The notes beneath the pieces were generated by a model. That model made no database searches and was not told the origin of the DNA. It saw nothing but the letters and a program-made list of their open reading frames with translations. This document shows positions 23,899-36,493 of a DNA stretch of 64,000 nucleotides, piece by piece. Position 1 is the first letter of the stretch. Every line of letters starts with the position of its first letter. The position numbers and the translations under genes are program-made. Source of the stretch: Blepharisma stoltei ATCC 30299 (lineage: Eukaryota > Protista > Ciliophora); NCBI GenBank assembly GCA_965603825.1, contig CBFDEM010000001.1:372001-436000 (forward strand), given 5' to 3'.

Positions 23899-24046
23899 TT
23901 TTAAAGAAAAAAATATCATTATTTCGAAAATATGGAAAATCAAGGAATTCCAAATTTACTTTTGGTGGTAAATATGAAAGATAAATATTATTAACTATGA
24001 AGCCAGCATAATAGAAATTAATAGTAAATTCAATCAAAATTGCCCC

Positions 24047-24694
24047 TCAGTGCTTGTAGTAAAAGTTTTTTGTTGCTTGTTTTAGCCTCAGTCTTCTTTC
24101 GTGAAGCGTTGCGCTTATGTTTCCTACATCCTCACTATAATCGTTTGAGGAATTTCTAAACTGTGGAGAACTCAACCTATTATCGAACTCTTTTGAGCGG
24201 AATACGGGTCTCGACATCGATTTATTTGTCGCTTTTCAAATAAAATCAGTATTGGATACTGATCCTCTAGTATATTTTAATTTCTTCAAATCCATAGTCA
24301 AATTATCGATTGCTGTCTGCTGAAATGAATTTTTAAATCTTAATTCTTTATTCATTTTTGCCAATTTTCTATTTTCGTCTTTGTATTTGTTTAGCTCGGC
24401 TCTTAAAGAATTTCTTTCTTCTTCAATATACTTTAGCTGCTTAAGAAGGGAATCGCTTGAGGGAGAATTGAAAGAAATTCCTTCGAGATTTAAGGATTTA
24501 TTTGGAGATTCTAAATCTGGGAGATACTTAAAACTTTGCTTTACTCGGTTGTCAGATTGTGGGGAGATTGCTGACTTAGGAGCTGAAGGAGTCTTGCTTA
24601 GAGGGCTCTTTGCAGCAGTTCTGGGTGTGCTGGATTCTAGTATAAGTTCTAAGTCCTTTCGGTGGAAGTTGAAGGCAAGATGGTCCTTTTTCAT
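24047..24694 (-). CDS. Hypothetical coiled-coil, Ser/Pro-rich protein; 3' end uncertain (TGA at 24047 or TAA at 23816)
   Basis: Protein-like frame continues through TGA 24236 to ...KQATKNFYYKH, then TGA. The next TAA lies inside the downstream gene. Confidence 0.7.
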
Positions 24695-25013
24695 TTTATA
24701 AGGAGCAGTTTAATGCAAAATTATAATAAAAATCATTAATTTTTAAATAATACTCTTGATATTATATAATAAGTCATTCTATGCTTTATAGATAGAGATA
24801 AACAATAGATCAATAATATTTGCTTAATTTTACTTCTAGATTTAAGTTTTTATCGATATTTATTTGTTCTGGAGCGAAATCATTTTTAATAAACTTATAA
24901 ATTAATAGAAAACTTCATAAGAAATATTTGTACTTTTTCGTAATCCTCATATTATCAACTTTTTTTTCTCCAGACAAATTGCCTAAAGCTGGCTGATTTA
25001 ATTATGATATAAA

Positions 25014-26564
25014 ATGGTTGACTCAATAGGAAAGAAAATAGTTGCTTTGGTAAGTATATTTGCTGCAGTCTATGCAGTATTTTCCCTTTTCGGTCCTCCT
25101 TCTCCAGAGCAAAATATAAGGAAATCATATTTTCGAGCTGACTTTAATCGGAATACCACGAATGATTCTGAATTTGAAAAGAATTATACTTCACAGTTTG
25201 TACCGAAGTATTTGACTGAGCTTTATAAAGGAGATTGGAAAGTGAGAGAAGAAAATGCAGTTTTAAGTGGCATGACGAGTACAGAAGGTATTGTATATTT
25301 CCACATTGGAAAGGATGATTCGAAAGAAATCAAAGAATATAAGATATATCTTTTTGATGGGATCTGGGAAAGCAATAGCTTATATAAGCTTACCTTTCAC
25401 AAAGCAAAATTCGACACAGACAAGAAATCTCTAAGCAGTGACTCGTGCGTTATAAAAACCGACCAAAAAGACATCGAGCTTACCAAATGTGCCTGTGAAA
25501 GCTCATTCGAGTTCTCAACAGATAAAAACAATTTATTCAAAATTCGTGGAACAGTGAGAAGTGAAGAGTGCGGACTTGATATAAAATTATCATTACATGA
25601 ATTTACCAGCTCAGAAAAGCAGGAGCCAGTCGTGACTTATAGTTTCATTATTTCTTGCGGGTCAGTATTTTTGATTTTTTGCTTCGCTAGGCACACTCAA
25701 GACTGTGTGTCTGAAAATGTAGCCAAGAAGACTTCTCTGTGAATGTTGGGGATGCAGGCGACGATTGATTTGTTCTTTTGCTTGTATCATTGTCACATGG
25801 CAGTGACTTATGAAGTTTCTTTTGATTATTTAATGCTAGCATCTTTTTGGTGTTTTGCAGTTTTTATGATAATACAAGGAAGGCTGACTTTATTGGTCTG
25901 GAAGGCCCAGAATCCAGATTTGTACGCAGAAGGATTGGAAAATTTTAGAAGGCACTACAGTGGGTTCCAGACCAAATTTTTACTGATGATAATATCATCT
26001 GTAATAGTTGCAGTGATTTTTGATTTCTTGTTTTACTATTGGGTTCTCCTTATCCACAGCTTTTTCATTCCTCAAATAATTCTCAACGCAAAGCATGGAT
26101 ACAAATATTCCATCAAAACCCCTATTTTGGCTATAATGTTCATCTCAAGGCTAAGCATTGTTTTATATTTCTTTGGGTGTCCAGCCAACTTTTTAGCTAT
26201 TTCTCCAAATTTGGAACTCTGCGCAATCATCACTGGCTATTTATCCTTGCAATTAGCTATTCTTCTTATGCAAAATACTAAAATAGGGCCTCGTTTCTTT
26301 GTACCAAGGTTTTTACGGCCCAAAATATACAGCTACTATAGAAGTCTGGAAGAAGAAAAAGAAATTGAAGAAAACACTGACTGCATCATCTGTATGACTC
26401 CACTGAATCTACAAGGAAAAGACCTTGAAGGAACCGTGAATAGGTCAAAAACCATGCATACTCCATGTGGACATAAATTCCATGAAGACTGTTTGATGAA
26501 CTGGATGGTGATCAAGATGGAATGTCCTACTTGTCGAGCTGTTCTCCCTGTACTTGAAGAATAA
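25014..26564 (+). CDS. Transmembrane RING-H2 E3 ligase (Tul1/Dsc1/FLY-like)
   Basis: Luminal domain, multiple TMs, SFFIPQI, GCPANF, GPRFFVP, CIICM...[13 protein letters not shown]...MECPTCR; the two track ORFs abut at a TGA. Confidence 0.9.
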
Positions 26565-26617
26565 ATGAGCTATTGATAAATATCTTATGTAAAAATGGTG
26601 ATTTTATTATTAAATTT

Positions 26618-27202
26618 ATGAAGATACTTATTTTCCTAAGTCTTGCTTGTTTTGGACTAGCCCTCATAAATCACGCTGTAGTCACAAACAAAGTGTTCTT
26701 TGATATCACTATAGATGGTGAAGAAGTAGGCAGAATCACAATGGGACTCTATGGAAAAGCTGTGCCTAAGACTGTTGAAAATTTCAGAGGTCTCTGCACA
26801 GGAGAGTTTGGATTGAACGCAGACTTAGTCCCAATGCATTATAAGGGATCAATTTTACACAGAGTAATCCCTGATTTTATCATCCAAGGAGGAGACTATA
26901 TCAAAGGAGATGGCACAGGTGGTGAAAGTATTTATGGCAAAAAGTTTATGGATGAGAATTTTGATCTATCCCATGAAGTTCCTTATCTTCTGTCGATGTC
27001 AAACTCAGGACCAAACTCCAATGCTTCTCAATTTTTCATTACTTTAGATGCGACTACTTGGCTAGATTTTAAACACGTGGTGTTTGGGGAAGTATTAGAT
27101 GGAGTTGACGTTCTGAAAAAGATTGCAGCTGTTGGATCTCAGGCAGGAAGGACTTCAAAGGTCGTAATGATCAAAAATTCAGGAGAACTTAAAATGAATT
27201 AA
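26618..27202 (+). CDS. Cyclophilin-type PPIase with signal peptide (cyclophilin B-like)
   Basis: [54 protein letters not shown]. Confidence 0.93.
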   Translation: MKILIFLSLACFGLALINHAVVTNKVFFDITIDGEEVGRITMGLYGKAVPKTVENFRGLCTGEFGLNADLVPMHYKGSILHRVIPDFIIQGGDYIKGDGTGGESIYGKKFMDENFDLSHEVPYLLSMSNSGPNSNASQFFITLDATTWLDFKHVVFGEVLDGVDVLKKIAAVGSQAGRTSKVVMIKNSGELKMN

Positions 27203-28185
27203 AGTAAAATTTGAGAAATTAAAGATTTAGGTAAGAAAATTTATGCTATTTGGCTTTATAAATTATTTTCAATTCCCAGGCTTAGAACTACCAAATAAGA
27301 AAAATATCTGGAAAGGAAAATATTTACATGTCCCTTAAATAATTCTGTATTAGTTACGTGTAAATTTAGAAATGGATAATTAATGATGGAATTATGCTGC
27401 TTATAATAAATATGAGACTATGTCCTGCAGAAGCCGCCAGTGAATTTACTTTTATTCAGTGGCCAGTATCTGCAAATATTAATGCACTCTAGGAACCATG
27501 GTTTTCAGTAGAATCACGGGCCGAGTATTGCTATATTTTAATCTGATAATCAATGATATCTAAAATTTTATTATTCAGTTTTGAGAAAGAATGAGAATTC
27601 AGCATTCTCATTTAATAGCAATTATAAATAATGGTACAATAATGATTTATGAAGCTAAAGAATTTTGATCTTTGCAATTTCTCATTTTTCTTACCTTAGC
27701 CTTATAAAATGGAATCGCTAATTAAAAAGAGCCATCTCGCCTGTAAAATTTTATCAATAAAAAATTATTAATTGAAGATCCAATTAAAAATAAAGTTTAT
27801 AAATTATACCTCTTAAAATCATGCTTTTACAATATTATCTTTTTTGAAAAATAATCTTGATGTTAGCAATAAAATGATTTTCAGATAACTCAATATATTT
27901 TTGTAGCTGGTCTATTTCTTTATATAATGCGGAATTATATAACCTTTACTATTTTTTCAGCTATTAATTGAACTTGATCTGGATATTTAATCGAGAAGGC
28001 TTTAAGTTTTTCTTTGCTATCTCCCTTATATCTTCATTAGCCTTTGGAATTTCATTAAGAGATAGGCGTAATTTATCGTAGCCTTCATTTATTACTTAAT
28101 TTAGTTTTCAGTTTTTAAAAAATTTAAGGTAATGCAATTTTTAATTAAATATTTTTAACATTTAAATAGGAATATATAACAGCTT

Positions 28186-30297
28186 TTAAAGTTTCCTTAG
28201 TCCCAAAAATCCTTCACCCTGTTCCTCATTCGAATAAAGGATCTTTATTTTTGCTCTGGGTGGAAGTGCAATATACTCGATTTTACTAACTCCAGCAATA
28301 TTCCCATCACTATGCAATAGTCATTCAAACTCTAAAGGTTTTTTATCTTGAATAATAATTTCATTGTTTACAAAAATGCTGATGCAAGGTCTTGATTGAG
28401 AATAAAACCCATAAACTAGTTCATAAAGCCCAGGAGCAACAGTTTCAATCTCACTACAATTTTCTACCCATATAAAATTCCCTGGGCAAGTATTATTGGA
28501 CTGAATTTCCCAAATAACTGCTTGATCTTTTAAGTTTCCTGATTTTCAAAGTCATCTGGCCAGACAGTTTTCACTATACAGCGCTTCATTGATTAAGTTT
28601 TGATCAGCTAGGTTTAAGTTAAATTCTTCAAGAACCACCATATTTTCTAATTCTTTTTTTATCTTCGCTATTTCTAATTTAAAGTCTTCTTCGTTGGTTT
28701 TTGTTCCTAAAAGTGTTAACACATCTTTAACATTAGCTTTAAGGATTAGGTCTTTATTCATTAAATCCATGAGATCTTCGCATGTATTTAAATGATTTTC
28801 GAATGATTTTGAATCGCATTTTGCATCAAGAATTTTATGAATTTTTTCAATACTTTTAGAAATTTCTTCTTGGTTAGAAACAATTTGGGCAAGGTATTTC
28901 AGATCAGTTTTTGTAGATAGAATTTGCTCGAGATCTGCTGCTGAAACTTTTTCTGCAAGTGATTTATAGATATCTTTGATATTTTCGTGGAATTTGGATA
29001 ATTTATGAATTCTTTTGCCAATTTTTCCTAGCTCTTGTCTTAGAATGCTGATTTCGTCATTTGTTTTTGCTAAAAAATTATTGATGTCAGTTTGATTTTC
29101 TGATTTAATATCAGATAATACTTCTTTAGTTCATTTAGTGAACAGTTTTTTCACTTTATCTTTATTCAAACCGTTTCTATCGTTTTTACCATTATTTTTT
29201 AAGCTTGTGTTTGGATTTTGCTGTGATGAATTTATCCTTTCATTTTCGATTTCTCCAATTTGATTAGATACAAATGAGCATTTTTGGCTTAAAATATCCA
29301 TTTCAATTTTCAAGCTTTTATATTTTTCCTCAAATTTCAATAAATTGCTGCTGATAGACTCTTTCATGATGGAAGACTCAGTTTTTAATTTATCTAATTC
29401 ATTGTCAATTACTATAGCATCTAGCTTATTTTTCAATTCCTCTGCAAGAATTTCAACCCTTCAGTTTTCTGCTTTTCTATCAACTTGTTCTCTTATTGAT
29501 AAGTCTCAGTCCTTCATCATTTGAAGGTTTCGTAAATGAATTTCGTCCAATAGATGTCGCGATTTTTCCATTTCATTTTCTAAATCTTCTTTTCTGGGAA
29601 AATTACTTAAATCTTGCTGGATTGACATGCGTAGACGCGATATGTCATCTTTAGATGCTTTTTCATCAATTTCTTTTTTTAATGTTTCTAATTTACTTAA
29701 GTCTGCTTTTGTTTCCATCAGCAGTTCTAAATCAAAAGTATCCATTTTTTGATTTAAAAGCGTTTCAACCATTTGCTTATTAGCTTTTTCATCAAGAAGC
29801 CCTAAAATATCCGCTCTGTTTGCTTTTATATCTAGCATCGCATATATTTTATTTATTTCTTCGTTTGAATATCCTTTGCATGATTTTTTATTCAATTCCT
29901 CGATTTCTTCTTGAATTTTAAAAATTTTTTCATCGTATTCTTCTTGCTTCGACCTAAATTCAACATATGAAATTTTATTTTGCAGCAAATTCATAATTTC
30001 TGCTTTTGACACTTTGTCATTTAAAAACTCTTCAAAATCTGAATAAGAAACCTTTGAATCAATCATATTTTTCAGCTCTTCAAGTATATCAACTGCAGAA
30101 ATCGCCATTCTGACATCAGAATTCGAAGCTTTATCATTTAAATCTTGATGGATTTCTTTAATTGTTGATCCTTGAGCTTTTATGACGTCTGAGAGCGCCT
30201 TAAATGTTAGCCTTATGACGTCAGGAACACTCTTTCATTCATTGATCCCATTTAGTAGCTCATCAAGGACTGGGGAAAGAAACTGGAAATCGGCCAT
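28186..30297 (-). CDS. Repetitive coiled-coil protein (KA[DN]/KV[SD] repeats) with C-terminal C1q/TNF-like domain, 703 aa
   Basis: One frame with seven TGA; NE[W]KSVPDVIRLTFKAL, R[W]L[W]KSG, WEIQSNNTCP, PGLYEL..GFY, EGFLGLRKL-TAA. Confidence 0.82.
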
Positions 30298-31164
30298 AAA
30301 TGTTTTATTATGCATCTTAGAGAGCTATTATCATTGAAAAAGAAATTTCATAAGAATAATGAATTTTTATTTGAATAATGATAATTAAGATGTGTGATGA
30401 TAAATGGCTATAATAATTATTTAATGTTCGTCTGCTACTTGGAAAGCTAGCTCCATGCAACACTTTTGTTTAAGCAGATAGAGTCACAGTGCCTCTTTGT
30501 CCAATAACTCATTAGATTATTGACCCGTCAAGCACATATATTCGATACTATCATTGAATAAATTTTTCAATTTAATGCATAAGCGTTGATAGGCTTTTAA
30601 AAAGGCTTAGCTTCCGAGCTAATCTCTTAGATCATTTTTTAGTTTTATTATATTAGCTTATGATGATCACCAAATTCATCAATGCTTGCCATTTTAATAA
30701 GCTATTTGAGAGTCTGATTTCAAAGCTCTTAATTCTTTATATTTTATGGCAGATAAAGTTTTACTAGATAAAGATATTTTAATTGGCTTTTTTTAAATCC
30801 AAAATTCATAATTTTCAAATGAAATTATTTACTCTGATGATTATGCTGAATTAAGCTTAGTTTAGTTATAGAATTAGGCAATTTACATTAATTTTCTAAT
30901 AAATCTCTATAATAACTCTATATGTTTATTATTCATCTTAAATTTTATAAAAATGTTAATATTCCATTATTTGAAGTTACATAAGTAAGTATAAATCTTG
31001 CAAAATCCTAAAGATTATTAATTTTCCAGGCTAGATACTTAAAATTATGCGATTAAAAAATTTTGCTTTTATTTTACACTAATTAAAAAGTGTTTAAATA
31101 AAAAAAATTAGCCTTAAAAAGTTTTATCTCAATATTTTATAATTATAACAGATTGGCTTACAAA

Positions 31165-32226
31165 ATGTCCCAAGATGAGAACTGGAACTACCAAACACTT
31201 CATAAATTAGTTGAAAAAGGAGAAGATAGTCCTAAATCTTCTATAGACATCACCAAACAAGGGATTATTTCAATTATCCAGCAGGAAATGCAAAAAGCTC
31301 TAGAAACTATAAACAAGCTCAGGTCAGAAAAAGCCAAGCTTAAAGCGTCTATATCTGAGCTTAACTCAAAAAATGATGAGCTTTACAAGAAAGCTACAAC
31401 CTATAAAGCACGGTACCAAGAAGAAAATAAAAGAAGAAAACAAGCAGAAAATAATGCAAAACACTTAGAAGACTTAATTAGAGACCTTACTTCTCAAAAA
31501 TCTGAGCTTGAAGAAAAATTGAAGAATTTCGAAGGGATGAACGCAGGATTTTGGGATAATTTAATTAAAACTGAAAAGGAATGAAGCAAACAGCTAAACA
31601 TGAACTCAGAATCCATCGTCCAGCATGCACCGTTAATTGAAGAGTTAAATTTAAATTGCACCAAGCTTATAAAAAAAATTTCATCTTCTTCATCCACCAA
31701 TGCCAAGTTTAAAAAGCGTCTGGATTTAAAACTTCTTATCCAGAATAGCAAATTCGATGAAGCCTTATTAAAGCTGATTCAGTTCGTTATTGATATTTTG
31801 CCGAGCTATGAAGAAGGAAAGCAGTCTTCTTTAACTCCTCAAAATAATTCACGACAAAAGTTTGAGTTTGATAGAGGGTGTACATCACCGACGTGCAACG
31901 GCCCAAAACGAGAGCAGGATATTCTGACAGCTTTGGCTTCTCAGAATTATGAATTGACTAAGATAAATCAGCAACTGTTTCAAAAACTTCTTGTAAATCC
32001 TACGTCTCCAAATAATGCAGCAAAAAAAAGATTGCATCATCATACTAAATCAGCAAGAGCATCCCCTGGGCCGAGAGAAGAAACTTATGGTTCTGACTCA
32101 ACAGACAAGTATTACAATATTAAAGAAAATGGTAAAGATGTTCTTGTGTCTAAAGACTCAAGAGCTGATTCTGTTTCAGGGAAACACCACAGAAAAAATA
32201 GTGACATCCCTAGGAGTAATGCATAA
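31165..32226 (+). CDS. Hypothetical coiled-coil protein
   Basis: Two in-frame ORFs joined by TGA 31582-31584; ends in TAA. Confidence 0.8.
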
Positions 32227-32315
32227 ATGGCTCAAATTAATATAAATAACAGAGCTATGTGTGATAAAAATTTTAATAGATTTTATAAAATCATGATATA
32301 TATTATTATGACTAA

Positions 32316-34688
32316 TTATTTGGAAAATGACTCTACGTCCACTCTGACCATATTTGCAATTTCTGAAATTTTTATTTTTCCACCATTGTCGGCTAAAAAT
32401 TGGGCCTCTATTAAAAACTCTCTGATATCGGTATCTGTGAAATGCCATTCCCATTTTTTAAAGAAATCATTGAGTTCTTCAATCGTCATCGATCCTTTGT
32501 CTTTGCCTTTTGTTTTTAGATGCTGCCTTAATATATATCTAGTTACTTCGTGCGGCTTTAGTTCAAAGCCAACTAAAATTCTTTCAATCCCACTTTTGAA
32601 TCCGTTTAAACTAATAAAATTATCACCATCAGGGTCGCACTCTTTAGCGAACAGCCTTAGCTCATCTTCTTTCAGTCTGATTCCTATTAGCCCTAGCACG
32701 TCATCAAGCTGAGTTACGTGAATTTTTTTATTTGTCATAGATGCTACTAGTAAAAACGACTCTTCTACAATTTTTTTCATTTGATGGAGCATTTGGGATT
32801 TTTCTTCGCCAGTTGTTAATCGTTTCCATTCTCTATAAATCATTTTGAACTGTCGGTATATTTTTACAGTCCCCACTGCACGTTTTTTGCTGGTCTTTCC
32901 TGAGACTTGCTGAATGATTTCTCTGTCCTTCATAAGCTCAATTTTTGTAGTAATAGAAACAAGCCGAAAAGCTAAAGGCAATAAATAAAAAGCAAGGAAA
33001 ACCCAAATAAAGCAGGCTAAAATTACAAGCCCAACAGCCCAGCCACTATACTCATCTTCTAGTACAGGAATATAGTAAAGGATAATGACTGCAATTCATA
33101 AAGTAAGAATCACCATAAGACCTTGCAAGAGACTGATAAGAAATCTCGGCCCATAGCTGTCGAACCAAAACAAAATTTCATGTCTATTTGGAAACCTCCC
33201 CACAAATATATAAGCACATGTCAATTTAAATGGATTGAACCATAGCCCTCTTTTAAGCTCTTCAGGGTTTTCAGATGGGATTTCTCCTTTCAAGTATTCA
33301 GGCTTTGGAATATTTTTTACTGTAAATCTCGGATTAATGTGCTGTGCATAAGGAATAACAACTTCAATGTCAAAATCCTTAGGAATTAACTGATTTTCAA
33401 CGTTATTCAACTTAATTATCAATAATAAGTTGATAATAAAAATAACCCCAGGGATAATCCAAAGGCATACAATTTCTGCAGCTTGGTCGTTATAAATGAT
33501 TATTCTCCAACTTATAATAGCTATGACAATAATCCCATACCCTATTCATGACACTTGAAATGCTTTAGAAAGGGTATCACTCATAGCTCTTGTTAAGTAT
33601 TCAGAAAAATTGAAATCAGACCTCATATATGACTCTGTAGCCTGTGGCAGATATGCAGGACTAATAAACAGACTTCTCATTACTGCATATTTTTTTGTGT
33701 CAATCGAAAGTTCTTTATCATTGATTATCGAATTTTCGTGGTATTGTCATCTCTTCGTAAAAGCCTCAGATATCAGAATTAGCCAAAATCCTTGCACAAA
33801 CCAGAAGCAAATAAAAATCGCGAACCCAGCCAAAATCATGTCCAAGTCAAGGCGATCTTCGTCAAACAAGTCAATATATATAACAAGGGCAGTAACGCAT
33901 CAAATAAATACCAAAATTGTTGTATCGGCTAAGAGGGCATAAAGAGCATTACTGAGCTCCTCTTCTATTAAATTCTTGGATGCTATTCTGATTGTCTGGA
34001 CAAATAAAAATAAAAATCCCAGTCCAAGTACAGCAACAGCGGTTATTGAGGTGACGAGATCGCTGTCTTCATCCTCATCATCTTCATCTTCAGTTAATTC
34101 ATCTTCAATATCTTGAGAAACTTTTTGAACGCCTTCTGTTACTTTGCCTAAAATAATAGCATTATACTCATCTAGAGCTTTCATTTCATCGTATAGTGTC
34201 TCAACCAAGATGTGCTCATCAATTCTGTATTTTTCTACTTTTACCATAGAATCAGCCAACAAATCTTGTAAAGACATGCCAGAATCTTCAGCCTCTTCAG
34301 TCTCTTCTGATTCTGCATCCTCGCTTTCAGATTCTTCTGTTTCAGTTTCTGTATCTGTGCTATTATTTTCAGATTGCTCTTGACTTTCGTCTTCACTGTT
34401 TTCGACTGCTTCTGAGTCTCCTTCTGGAATTAAAGCACTTTCTGCGTCTTCATCTTTAACTGCCACTTCTGTAACTTCATCAGCACTATCAGAGCTGTCA
34501 GTTGAGCTGGATTCAAGAATTTGTCCTTCGGAGTCATCAGATGTGGTAGTTGTTTCATCTGATGCGTCATAGGAAACAATATCCCCAACTGAAGCAGTGT
34601 CGAAAATTGAGCCAGATGTGCCTTCATCTTGTGATAAAACTAAAAGGGGTGAGATTAGAAGACAGAGACATATAAACTTATTCACCAT
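32316..34688 (-). CDS. MLO-like multi-TM protein with signal peptide, acidic ectodomain and C-terminal EF-hands (790 aa)
   Basis: One frame with TGA=Trp; DFNFSEYLTRAMSDTLSKAFQVS[W] and ILFWFDSYGPRFLISLLQ resemble MLO motifs; EF loop DPDGDNFISLNG. Confidence 0.75.
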
Positions 34689-35394
34689 ATTCGTTTTTCA
34701 TCTAGATTAGATCGCTTATTTTTGCTTATAATAGGATCACATCTATATGGATAAATGCAAGTTAGATAATATTTATAAGGGTTAAAGGGCTTATAAAAGC
34801 TTATTATTTGAATGCTAGTTAATTATTTTTATAGAATTCTTGCCCTTAAATTTTAAATAGTTTTCTAAAATTTTAAATCTTTGAGCATAAAGATATTTGA
34901 TTTGAGGTATTTTTTGAATAAAATGATTAAAACAAAGATAGGAAACACAAAAATCTTTGTTTTATTTGCTAAATAAAAAGAGCAGTTTTATGGTTTGAGC
35001 ATTGAGAATTATAATTTCAATCCTATATAAACAATTAATATCTCTAAGATATTATCTAATGCTAAGGCATTATATATGGCTATGTTGATGCTATTATTTT
35101 AGTCCAAAAATTATTTTCCATCTAACATTGAAAATACTCTAAAATCGAATTTATTCCAAGAATAATAGCGCTTTATACAAAATTGTCAAATTTATTTTAA
35201 AGCGTAGATGGAAGCAGATTATTTTAATCTAATGAAGAACTCAAAAATGGCCTTGCTCTATGATTAAAAAATTGCATCAGAAACTTCCCCTTATTTTGTA
35301 ATAAATTATAATTTCTCATTTTATATTATTGATCGATAGATTAACTAGTATTTAATGCATTATCACACTTAAAAGAATTAGCTTATTATTAGGA

Positions 35395-36198
35395 TTAGAC
35401 ATCTTTTCCAATAATTTTGAGAGTATCTTGGAACGTCTTTATAAAATTGCTTAAATTGTCAAGAATGTCATCTTGATGGTCCAATCTGCTTCTCATTTCT
35501 TCTTCCGCACCATTTTTCATATCTGTTAAAGCCACAAGTGAATTTTGTTGGAATTTCTCAATATGGGAATTTTGGGTGTTTATGTCATTATATAAAGAAT
35601 CTCTTAAATCTTGAAGCCTTTTAATGCGATCAGCCCTCTCTTGGTCCATTCTTTCATTCATTTGTTGAGACTCTTCAGCAAGTTTGTCCAGGATTTCAGT
35701 TTCTCTTTCAATTCTTGTTGTTCTTTCTGTTTCAAAAGCAGTTTCTAAATTTTCAAGCCCAGTTCGGATAGGCTTTAATAAATCTTCAGTTTGTTTTAAT
35801 CTCTCCTGTCGTTCATCTTCAATCATTTTCTCTAGCCCATCCATTCTTTTGTTGTCAATTTCATCTTGCTTTTCTCTTAATGCTTTTTCTTCTTCAAAGC
35901 TTTTTATTGTGAATTCTTTAAGAACTTTAAGCTCCTCTTGGAAATTATTTTGAAAATTTTTTAGTAATTCATTGACTCTCCTGCCTTCTTCTGCTACATA
36001 GTCTCTGGTTCCCTGAATTTTTTGATAGACATCTTGGAATCTAGCATCTAGCTGTCTTTTTGCTTCTTCTCTTGCTTTCCGCATAGTTTCATAGTCATTA
36101 GACATCTCATCCATTTGCCCTCTAAGAAGGTTTAGCTTCTCTCTTTCTCCGACTGTTTTTTTAACTGTTCCAGTTAGATTGGGTACGAAGTCTTCCAT
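35395..36198 (-). CDS. SF-assemblin/beta-giardin family striated fibre protein
   Basis: 267-aa coiled coil; ERIERETEIL, RLDHQDDILDNLSNFIKTFQDTLKII. Confidence 0.8.
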   Translation of the reverse strand: MEDFVPNLTGTVKKTVGEREKLNLLRGQMDEMSNDYETMRKAREEAKRQLDARFQDVYQKIQGTRDYVAEEGRRVNELLKNFQNNFQEELKVLKEFTIKSFEEEKALREKQDEIDNKRMDGLEKMIEDERQERLKQTEDLLKPIRTGLENLETAFETERTTRIERETEILDKLAEESQQMNERMDQERADRIKRLQDLRDSLYNDINTQNSHIEKFQQNSLVALTDMKNGAEEEMRSRLDHQDDILDNLSNFIKTFQDTLKIIGKDV

Positions 36199-36493
36199 TT
36201 ATAATTCAATTTATAGTCTTTCTAATCATCTTCTGCACATAGGTAAGATTTTTAAAGCTTAATGAAGTGGATTTACCAATCTAATACCTCAATTTTCTTT
36301 CTAATCCTATTTGGCAGGCAATCCAAAAACTCATTCCTGTTTCATAAGGAAATCTCCTAAGACTGCTACCCATAATGAAAATACCTTAATATGCCACACC
36401 ACTCATGAAAAATGAGAAACTTTATTAAATATCTTATTAGTTCAGCTTAAGAAATAGTATATACTTGTTGAAATATGGAATTAATAGTAGTCT

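Noticed and set aside
27964-28095. Protein-like minus-strand fragment VINEGYDKLRLSLNEIPKANEDIREIAKK
   Set aside because: No in-frame start and bounded by TAA. At most a gene remnant, not testable here.
32176-33942. Many short antisense ORFs in the track, e.g. 32227-32712 and 33610-33942
   Set aside because: Shadow frames opposite well-supported genes.
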